Source: Pseudomonadota bacterium (lineage in GTDB: Bacteria; Pseudomonadota; Gammaproteobacteria; Burkholderiales; Burkholderiaceae_C). From it: a stretch of 30,000 nucleotides of DNA. Each line of letters starts with the position of its first letter. Within the stretch, counting starts at the first letter, position 1. The DNA lies in contig JAEZZU010000064.1 of the NCBI GenBank assembly GCA_023418355.1, positions 1-30,000 of the forward strand, given 5' to 3'. The notes under the pieces are model-generated. The model was given only the letters and a program-made list of their open reading frames with translations. It ran no database searches and was not told where the DNA came from. A program made the position numbers and the translations under genes. Positions 23,749 through 30,000 of the stretch are shown here, piece by piece.

Positions 23749-24374
23749 TACTCTTCTACTCCTGTCATAGCTGTTATACCGAAATTATTGTTTGTAGCTA
23801 ATGCATCACCTTTTTCGTTAACCATGATTCTTTCCACTGCTGACTCTGTAGACCATTCATTCCACCAAGTAGAGTAGGTATCACGTGGCAAACCAACAAA
23901 GTTGATAAAGCGATAAAGTCTATTCGAATTCTCAACAATACTGTAAGCTTCACAAGTGATCGCTGCATTGTCTTCACCAGCTTCAGGGTAAATAAACTCT
24001 TCAGAAGGTTGAGTATTGAATATAGATGTTACTGTATCTGCTCCAACTGTGACCATAACTGTCATTGAGTAATAACGTTGATCCATGTCATAAGCAGATT
24101 TATAACTGTTTATTGTATCTATGTAAACGTTTTTGGCAATCTCTGCTAAAAATATTCTGTCTACAATATCTTTTTTTCTAGCAACACCAATAATCTCTTG
24201 TAAGTAAGGAACACCGAAGTTAGTATTTAAAAACCACTCCCCGCGATACGTGTTCAGAGTTATCCCAAGAGTTTGTGCTGCAATTTCTGTTCTGGTTGTA
24301 GTGAGGACCAAATCCCCATCATCCATGATGAGGTCGTTGTTTGGCCCAAGTTTTAAGTCAAAAGGGATTCCCAT
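23748..24374 (-). CDS. Baseplate wedge protein, gp25/gpW-like
   Basis: AGGAG RBS. RTEIAAQTLGITLNTYRGEWFLNTNFGVPYLQEI fits the GPW/gp25 pattern (i.q.l...L.T..GE......fG.p). It lies directly after the central spike gene. Confidence 0.55.
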   Translation of the reverse strand: MGIPFDLKLGPNNDLIMDDGDLVLTTTRTEIAAQTLGITLNTYRGEWFLNTNFGVPYLQEIIGVARKKDIVDRIFLAEIAKNVYIDTINSYKSAYDMDQRYYSMTVMVTVGADTVTSIFNTQPSEEFIYPEAGEDNAAITCEAYSIVENSNRLYRFINFVGLPRDTYSTWWNEWSTESAVERIMVNEKGDALATNNNFGITAMTGVEE

Positions 24375-24375
24375 G

Positions 24376-25110
24376 TTAGGCTCCTGTTGGTTTTAAGGAT
24401 TCGGCACTTGAGTTACCGCTCTGAATGTTACGAACCGTGTGCGTGTGAGTATGGAATCCGATGCCATTACCATCTGTCATCAAACCGTTCTGATCTATTT
24501 TAAGACCATTGATATCTGCTACGCCGCCTTTGAAAGTTAAATTACCACCTTTTAGATCCAAAGTCCCTGTGCCATCTGTAATAGTAATACCAGAGGTAGT
24601 AATATCTATTTTCACCCCTTGACTATTCCATATTGAAATATTACCTGTAGGGTCGAAAGAAGCGTACGTGTTTTTGTTATTAGAAATAACTACCTTTTCA
24701 GAATCTACAGCTTCTGTTGAATCTGTTCCTGTAGCTATTTTGGGAATAAAACAAATAGGGTATAATCCACAAGGCTGCATAAAAGTGGATGATGAAGAGG
24801 TTTCCCCACTAGTTTGCAGTGCATTAGAAGGATCTCTTTCAGAAAATATAACAGTTCCTAAATCACCAGCTTTAATAGGGAATGAGATTCTTCCTGTCCC
24901 CCCGCCATTAACCATAAAAGGAACATCTTCAAAAGTAGGGTAATCTATTTCATCTTCACTAGATCGTGTGTTTTTAACAATAGATTCTAAAGTGACAGTT
25001 TTAGCACCATAATTAACGCCAGTCACACGGACTGGCAAGGCTGTATGGACTTCTGCTAATTGTTCTGTCATTAAGCCACGCATTGCTGTGACAAAATTCA
25101 ATGCATCCAT
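24376..25110 (-). CDS. Baseplate central spike protein (P2 gpV / phi92 gp138 class) with a His-x-His apex motif
   Basis: Gly/Thr-rich beta-helical C-terminal part (ITTSGITITDGTGTLDLKGGNLTFKGGVADINGLKID) ends in GFHTHTHTV near the C-terminus. HxH is the iron-binding apex motif described for these spikes. The gene order is hub, spike, W-like. Confidence 0.65.
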   Translation of the reverse strand: MDALNFVTAMRGLMTEQLAEVHTALPVRVTGVNYGAKTVTLESIVKNTRSSEDEIDYPTFEDVPFMVNGGGTGRISFPIKAGDLGTVIFSERDPSNALQTSGETSSSSTFMQPCGLYPICFIPKIATGTDSTEAVDSEKVVISNNKNTYASFDPTGNISIWNSQGVKIDITTSGITITDGTGTLDLKGGNLTFKGGVADINGLKIDQNGLMTDGNGIGFHTHTHTVRNIQSGNSSAESLKPTGA

Positions 25111-26120
25111 TATTTCTCCTTAGTCATTATTTCAGACACGGATACACACTCCACTTCAGTAACCCACTCTTTACCCTCTTTATCACCATTGTGAGAAACA
25201 GAGACAACTTTAAATGGACCATCATAATCTCGGCTTTTTAACCAGATTGTTTTTTCTGGTAAAATTGCACCGTTCATTTGGCATTTAAATTTAACACCAT
25301 CTGTAGGTTTCTTTGCCTTCTTAGAGGACTTGGTAACTTTTTTAGTAGGTTTTATATCGTTGTGGAATGGTTCTGGACTTCCTATCAGACCAGTTTCAGG
25401 GCTAATGTAGGCGCTACGTGCACTAGACATTTGTGAACGAGGAGTGACATAAACAGATCCATCTTGTATTGACACATTGTGATCAATACTTTTACAAATA
25501 TGTTCTAGGTAATGTGAAGTGTTTCCACACATAGCTGTTGCTGAGGATAAGGTTTGATCATTATCTACGTGTATATTACCTTCTGTAGTTCCTAAATCCT
25601 TTACCAAATCTGTCACAACACGTTTGATTTTAGTTCCTTTTGGATAACTGCGGCTTGTTCTTGCTTCTGCAATGTTAATACCGCCATCCAAACAGTGTAA
25701 AGTGGTTTTCCTGTCTACCGAGTCAAAAGTATCACTAACCCACTGGATAGTTCCTTTGAAGATCATAACCAACTCTTCACCTTCGTATCCTACCGCTAAA
25801 GCAACAGCCAAGTTATTTCGGATACCACGGTTTATATAGTTAACAGTATCATCCGAAAGGTTATAAACTACAATCTCTGCTTGGTTAGGATCTTTGTTAT
25901 TATCTTTCTTAATACTGAAGGTTATTTGATGGTCTTGCAACAAATACAAATTAGAAGAGGATTTTTCTGTTGTCCCTAACTTGGTATCCAAATCTACAGT
26001 AGATTTAAATGCCGAGTTCTTAGTTCTCTTCTGTATTGTGTTTGTGGCAGAACCAATTAATAATTTGTATGCCCTGTTTAAATTAGGGGCAGGAGCTTTT
26101 GTATACTCTCTTTCTGCCAT
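25110..26120 (-). CDS. Baseplate hub-like protein (gpD/gp27 analogue position)
   Basis: AGGAG RBS, with a TAATG overlap onto the spike gene. The segment HQITFSIKKDNNKDPNQAEIVVYNLSDDTVNYI resembles hub-like and late-control-D-like proteins. The assignment is by position and weak pattern. Confidence 0.45.
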   Translation of the reverse strand: MAEREYTKAPAPNLNRAYKLLIGSATNTIQKRTKNSAFKSTVDLDTKLGTTEKSSSNLYLLQDHQITFSIKKDNNKDPNQAEIVVYNLSDDTVNYINRGIRNNLAVALAVGYEGEELVMIFKGTIQWVSDTFDSVDRKTTLHCLDGGINIAEARTSRSYPKGTKIKRVVTDLVKDLGTTEGNIHVDNDQTLSSATAMCGNTSHYLEHICKSIDHNVSIQDGSVYVTPRSQMSSARSAYISPETGLIGSPEPFHNDIKPTKKVTKSSKKAKKPTDGVKFKCQMNGAILPEKTIWLKSRDYDGPFKVVSVSHNGDKEGKEWVTEVECVSVSEIMTKEK

Positions 26121-26129
26121 ATTATCTCC

Positions 26130-26543
26130 TTACGCCTGATTAGGTTTGTTATCAATATAAACCAATACAAAACGTTTATCTCGACCTGTAGTTGTATACC
26201 CAGGACGACCATTAATCTTAACTGTATCTACTATATACAATTGACCATCTGGCACACTTTCAAGATATTTATAAGGTTTAAGAAGATCTAAACCATTTGT
26301 AACTTTGAAACTTATACTTGGATCATCTCCAGATAATCCAATCTGACATTGCCAAGACTCGTCCCTAGTGTTCCACCTTAAACGAATGTCATAATCAACT
26401 CCATCCAATGTAACTGTATATGTTTGATCAGGATACTCTTCAGTTTTCAGGTACCATGCAAAATAAGTAGAATGGTCCTCTAGATAAACTGCACTGTAGC
26501 CTGTATTACTTGTAGACCTTGTTGTTTTAGAATAAGTTGTCAC
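26130..26543 (-). CDS. Hypothetical tail/baseplate protein (137 aa), GTG start
   Basis: GGAGG lies 6 nt upstream of a GTG start. It is tightly packed between structural genes. Confidence 0.5.
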   Translation of the reverse strand: MTTYSKTTRSTSNTGYSAVYLEDHSTYFAWYLKTEEYPDQTYTVTLDGVDYDIRLRWNTRDESWQCQIGLSGDDPSISFKVTNGLDLLKPYKYLESVPDGQLYIVDTVKINGRPGYTTTGRDKRFVLVYIDNKPNQA

Positions 26544-26545
26544 TA

Positions 26546-27247
26546 TTAACCTCCGTTGTTTGTTGGGGTATTAGTAGCTTCAGCAGTTCTTACTGTAATA
26601 TCTGACTTAGGACCATTAGAAGCGACTTGACCTTTCACATCACCACCAGTTGACTTATTTGGTGCTGTTTTTACAGCAATAGCATTAGTAGTGGCCTTAG
26701 AGACTAGACGAATTTGTTCGAACTCTAAATCAAATTGCATAGCAAATTCAGATTTATAATCATAAGAGTAGCCTTTCAGAATAACATTTTCAAAAGTCCT
26801 GTGTTCTGTCAAAAGAACTATTGGTTGTCTTGACTCAAATATTTGATCTAGATATTCTATTGCTTGAGAAATCCTTGCCCCATTTACACCTGCACTGTAT
26901 AATTGATCTCGCATAAGCCGAATTGGTGTTTCGGTAATTATACCTGAAAGTTTAAATCTGTTGTTTTTTATTTGAACGTGGTCACTTACATCCGATCCTG
27001 ATTCTACTGGAAAACTTGTAACATCTGCCTCACGAGTTACACCTACTTCAGGGACCGAATCGAAAGTAATTGCTTTAAAGTTTTGAATGTATTGATCACT
27101 TGAACTATTATAAACACTTGCTAAAATGCAGAAACCATTATCACCCTTTACAGTAGATGCCGAGGTATTTTTATTCTCGGTAGAGTTGATTTCCTGTTCT
27201 GCCTTATAGACGGCTCTCACCGACTGTTGTGGAGTCATTGCTGCCAT
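26546..27247 (-). CDS. Hypothetical tail/baseplate protein (233 aa), first gene after the tape measure
   Basis: GAGG RBS 5 nt upstream of the ATG. It lies downstream of the promoter-like element at 27307-27336. I recognise no family motif. Confidence 0.5.
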   Translation of the reverse strand: MAAMTPQQSVRAVYKAEQEINSTENKNTSASTVKGDNGFCILASVYNSSSDQYIQNFKAITFDSVPEVGVTREADVTSFPVESGSDVSDHVQIKNNRFKLSGIITETPIRLMRDQLYSAGVNGARISQAIEYLDQIFESRQPIVLLTEHRTFENVILKGYSYDYKSEFAMQFDLEFEQIRLVSKATTNAIAVKTAPNKSTGGDVKGQVASNGPKSDITVRTAEATNTPTNNGG

Positions 27248-27270
27248 GATAACCTCGTAGTAATGATAAT

Positions 27271-27296
27271 GCCAAAAGGAAGATGCAAGATCTTCC
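27271..27296 (-). promoter_or_regulatory. 5'-proximal stem-loop directly downstream of the candidate promoter (GGAAGAT-CTTGC-ATCTTCC + TTTTGG)
   Basis: Perfect 7-bp stem at 27278-27296 followed by T4 on the minus strand. It begins about 11 nt after the -10 hexamer and ends about 24 nt before the RBS of 26546..27247. Confidence 0.45.
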
Positions 27297-27306
27297 CATA
27301 TTGATT

Positions 27307-27336
27307 ATTGTAACACATATAGAAACTTCGTGTCAA
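27307..27336 (-). promoter_or_regulatory. Near-consensus sigma70-type promoter on the minus strand: -35 TTGACA, 18-nt spacer, extended -10 TGTTACAAT
   Basis: The minus strand reads TCCC-TTGACA-CGAAGTTTCTATATGTGT-TACAAT-AATCAA. The -35 is a 6/6 match, the -10 a 5/6 match, and the TGn extension is present. Confidence 0.6.
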
Positions 27337-27344
27337 GGGAAACG

Positions 27345-27366
27345 AAAAAACCCCGCCGAAGCGAGG
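27345..27366 (-). terminator. Rho-independent terminator after the tape measure gene
   Basis: On the minus strand: CCTCGC-TTCG-GCGGGG (UUCG tetraloop; one G-U pair that would be a C-A mismatch on the + strand) followed by TTTTTT. It starts 8 nt after the stop. Confidence 0.75.
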
Positions 27367-27373
27367 TATTTTA

Positions 27374-29362
27374 TTAACCACCAGTGTTAGATTGTCCACT
27401 TAGAGTTGAAAGAGACAAACGTTGGAAAATACTATTTCCGCTATTTTGAATTCTTGCATCAAGAATATTTCCAAACTCGGAAGAAGGGCTGATCGTAACT
27501 TTGATAAGATCACTTGGTATTGCTACCGTATTCTCAACAACAGGTTGATTACGAGCCAAACTTACGTTAGGTGTATAGGCTGATTCACGTAAATCTTCAA
27601 GAGGATTACCAAATCCAAAAGCACGTGTCCTTGTTTGTTCTCCTCTCCACATACGACCAATATCTTGTGTATCAATACCTGTTAAATTGTACAACCAATC
27701 TGCTACAGGATTGCTGTCTCCACTTTGCGTTGCCTCGTATGCTTTTTGTGCCAAAGATTTATTAGGATCTGTGTTGTCTCCGAAGGTATCTGGGAATGTT
27801 TCTTTAAGCCAATTGGTAAAAGATCCGAAACCATCTCCTAATTCTTTAGCAAAACCGCCAAGTTGAACTGTTGTTTTACCAAGTTCTTCACCTAAGTCTT
27901 TGGCGAACTGATCTAGCACTTTAACGTTATCCAACCAAGAATCATCTTTAGGTAAAGCTTTTACAAAACCCTCTAAGAAATGGTTCTGCATACCTTGGCC
28001 TACAAGCTGAACTGTTGCAGCAAAACGAGTAAACTCTTTAGAAGCATCTATTTGTTCTTGAGTTAATGTTGCACCTGTTCTTTGAAGCATTTTCAATACT
28101 TCATTATACCCTTCGCCGTTTTTACTAAACATACGTTGGTAGTGCATAAGGTCATCACCAAGGTTTTCAAGAAGTCGCCCGATTTGAGCAGAGTTCATAC
28201 CTCGACGCTCACCTTCATTAACAGTAGCCTGAATAAAAGCTAAAGGATCGTTCTGTAAAGGTTTAAGCTGTTCTGGATTCCATCCAAACAAGTTCATAAT
28301 GTCAGTTATGCCATTATCACCGCCTTTCCACTTCCCTTCTTTCTCATTCCACTTTGCAGCTAAAACTGTATTACCAAGACGTTCACGAACGTCTTTAATA
28401 TTATCTATTGATTTAATAATATTTGCAGAGTCTACACCGTTCTGTTCACCCCAAGCTGTCATTGCCAAAATAGCGTTGGCGTTTGTCTGAACGTTTTCAG
28501 CACCACGGCTTACAAGTTTAATTCTTTCGTTAGTATTCATCAACGTGTTACCAACTACAGAACCACCTGCAAACAGCCCAGCACCTATCAAAGAGGATGC
28601 AATCATACGTGGATTAAGACCTGCTGCACCTTCTTTTAGTTGTCCATATCTACGATCACGATCACGTTTTTGTTGTGCCAATTCACGCTTACGATTTCGT
28701 TCTATATCCCTAAGTTCACGATTTCGCATACGTATACGCATTTTAGCTTCTGCTTCTAGCTCTCTACGAATACGGCGACGACCGCGAACCTCATCTTCTA
28801 TTTCAGCATTCTTTTCACGATGAGATCTGCGTAAAGCATCTAACTGGTGAGCAAGAGCTTGGTTCATACGTTGAAGAGTTATTTCACCCTTTTTGTATTG
28901 CTCTACAGCTTTACCCATAACGTCTCTAGCTTCTTGCATAGCTCCAGGACTGGCTTTACTAAATGCTCTTGCTCGATAGTTAAAGTTCTGTAAACGAAGA
29001 TTACCTAAGTCTTCCCTACGTGCTGCTGCTTTAGCTTCGCGTTCAGCCGCTTTACGAGCTTTTTCTTCTTCTCTACCTTGTGGGGTTTTAGGAGTTCTAG
29101 GTCTACCAGAACCACCTACAGGAGCACCTACTCCCGCTGGAGCGGGTGCTCGCATAGGTTTTTGGCTTTGAGTTTGAGCTTTCTTAAGTTCACGCTCAAT
29201 CTCTTTCATTTGTTGTCTAAACTTGGTCATGTTCATAGTGGGTTGCATTTTATTTGCAAACTTCTGAACACTCAACACGGCATCTTTTGCTTCCTTGAGA
29301 CTGTTCTTGTCCACCTTAAACGTAACCACGTTACTAATTCTGGAGGCGTTAATTTCTAACAA
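27374..29362 (-). CDS. Tail tape measure protein (662 aa), TTG start
   Basis: It lies directly after the chaperone pair. It has a long Arg/Lys/Glu-rich helical region (RRIRRELEAEAKMRIRMRNRELRDIERNRKRELAQQKRDRDRR), a hydrophobic Gly-rich segment (MIASSLIGAGLFAGGSVVGNTL) and a helical remainder. GAGGAA lies 6 nt upstream of the TTG. There is no in-frame ATG or GTG between the upstream stop and this TTG. Confidence 0.8.
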   Translation of the reverse strand: MLEINASRISNVVTFKVDKNSLKEAKDAVLSVQKFANKMQPTMNMTKFRQQMKEIERELKKAQTQSQKPMRAPAPAGVGAPVGGSGRPRTPKTPQGREEEKARKAAEREAKAAARREDLGNLRLQNFNYRARAFSKASPGAMQEARDVMGKAVEQYKKGEITLQRMNQALAHQLDALRRSHREKNAEIEDEVRGRRRIRRELEAEAKMRIRMRNRELRDIERNRKRELAQQKRDRDRRYGQLKEGAAGLNPRMIASSLIGAGLFAGGSVVGNTLMNTNERIKLVSRGAENVQTNANAILAMTAWGEQNGVDSANIIKSIDNIKDVRERLGNTVLAAKWNEKEGKWKGGDNGITDIMNLFGWNPEQLKPLQNDPLAFIQATVNEGERRGMNSAQIGRLLENLGDDLMHYQRMFSKNGEGYNEVLKMLQRTGATLTQEQIDASKEFTRFAATVQLVGQGMQNHFLEGFVKALPKDDSWLDNVKVLDQFAKDLGEELGKTTVQLGGFAKELGDGFGSFTNWLKETFPDTFGDNTDPNKSLAQKAYEATQSGDSNPVADWLYNLTGIDTQDIGRMWRGEQTRTRAFGFGNPLEDLRESAYTPNVSLARNQPVVENTVAIPSDLIKVTISPSSEFGNILDARIQNSGNSIFQRLSLSTLSGQSNTGG

Positions 29363-29382
29363 AGTATGTTCCTCGTGTTGGA

Positions 29383-29990
29383 TTAAACAAGTTTCTTAAA
29401 CAAATCTGACATTTTATTTGTCTGGTTTTGATGTTTTCTCTTTATTGAAGTGTCTTTAACATACATGGCTTCAACATACTCTTCGTATGTTAAATACTCA
29501 TATAGTTTTAAAAGATAATCTACACCGTAGTTATCCAATGTTTTCAGTGTTTCCGAGGTATCTTTAACGACTTTGCAAAGAATAACCTCATACCACTTCA
29601 AAGTAAGGGTTTTCGTTGCTGTGTCGATAGCATGTTCAATCGCAGGTGTTAATTTGCTGCTAAACTCGTCATCGCCTGAAGCTGTGTGAACAGTTTTCCG
29701 AAACCTCGTTTGAAAAAAGGGCCGTAGTTTACCTCCAGAACTTTAGCAGTAAGATCTAACACTAGTTCTGGGTGAGCCATAAATAATTCATCAAAATTTT
29801 CTGCAACGTTATAACCGTCTTGAGTATAAACCTCATCTAAAATTTTACGCAAAAAGACAGTTAAATTCTTTTCTTCCAAACCCGCAAAAAGTTGGATCAG
29901 TGCCATAGCAATACGTGACTCAAGGTCTTCGTCTGCGGACATTGTTGCTGTGCTATACATAGTCATAGGAACAACCAGAACACTACCCAA
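29383..29990 (-). CDS. Tail assembly chaperone, predicted -1 frameshift fusion product (gpGT / gpE+E' analogue)
   Basis: The -1 frame is open from 29742 down to the TAA at 29383. It overlaps the last ~90 nt of the zero-frame ORF. The 72-aa track ORF 29383..29601 begins at a TTG with no RBS and lies in this frame. Confidence 0.6.
29649..29990 (-). CDS. Tail assembly chaperone (lambda gpG / P2 gpE analogue), zero-frame product; true start uncertain
   Basis: It is the gene upstream of the tape measure and contains the slippery heptamer near its 3' end. The track start at 29990 is a TTG, and the frame stays open to the window edge. Internal ATGs (MTMYSTATMSADE) are alternative starts. Confidence 0.6.
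   Translation of the reverse strand: MGSVLVVPMTMYSTATMSADEDLESRIAMALIQLFAGLEEKNLTVFLRKILDEVYTQDGYNVAENFDELFMAHPELVLDLTAKVLEVNYGPFFKRGFGKLFTQLQAMTSLAAN
29712..29718 (-). promoter_or_regulatory. Slippery heptanucleotide T_TTT_TTC (X_XXY_YYZ) for programmed -1 ribosomal frameshifting
   Basis: The minus strand reads GGC CCT TTT TTC AAA in the zero frame (G P F F K). Both P- and A-site tRNA-Phe can re-pair after a -1 slip. The site lies inside the overlap window of the two frames. Confidence 0.6.
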
Positions 29991-30000
29991 TTCTGGAATC

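Noticed and set aside
29383-29601. 72-aa ORF as an independent gene
   Set aside because: Its called start is a TTG with no upstream Shine-Dalgarno sequence. The frame is open for another 141 nt upstream and overlaps the preceding ORF in the -1 frame, next to a T_TTT_TTC heptamer. It is better explained as the frameshift extension of the tail assembly chaperone.

Overview
The window reads as tailed-phage DNA with two convergent gene blocks. I could not run any database searches; every call below comes from motifs read by eye, ORF geometry, ribosome-binding sites and hairpins.

Left block, + strand, about 1-3745: a replication/early module.
- The 3' part of a family-A DNA polymerase.
- Four small ORFs. 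One is a 55-aa ORF that the supplied ORF track misses.
- A minimal PolyA-pol/CCA-type nucleotidyltransferase.
- A 130-aa ORF of unknown function.
- An SSB-like protein ending in the canonical DDDIPF tail.

Right block, - strand, 3802-30000: a long and very tightly packed tail, baseplate and fibre module of the contractile-tail (myovirus) type. Many genes are joined by TAATG or ATGA overlaps. In transcription order it contains:
- A tail-assembly chaperone pair with a textbook -1 frameshift site.
- A tape measure protein that starts at TTG.
- A terminator followed by a near-consensus sigma70-like promoter.
- Hub-like proteins, a central spike with an HTHTH apex, and a gp25/W-like wedge protein.
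- A block of four tail-accessory genes: a 157-aa adaptor-like protein, a 958-aa protein, a 717-aa protein with a Calx-beta-like N-terminus, and a 591-aa pectate-lyase-type tailspike.
- A structured 165-nt intergenic region.
- Two small ORFs, one of them a predicted membrane protein.
- Baseplate J-like and DUF2612-like proteins.
- A tail fibre with its Tfa-type chaperone.
- A small protein with one transmembrane segment and a coiled coil.
- A 1017-aa beta-helix tailspike.
- A collagen-like modular fibre.
- A final, terminator-bounded gene for an RCC1-like propeller + Ig-like + DUF285/BspA-type LRR protein.

I found no rRNA, tRNA, CRISPR array, transposase or integrase.

The most unusual points are:
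- The number and diversity of candidate receptor-binding or glycan-degrading proteins.
- The insulated RCC1/Ig/LRR cassette.
- The SSB-tail mimic (EEDDIPW) on the nucleotidyltransferase.
- The predicted membrane protein translationally coupled into the baseplate operon.
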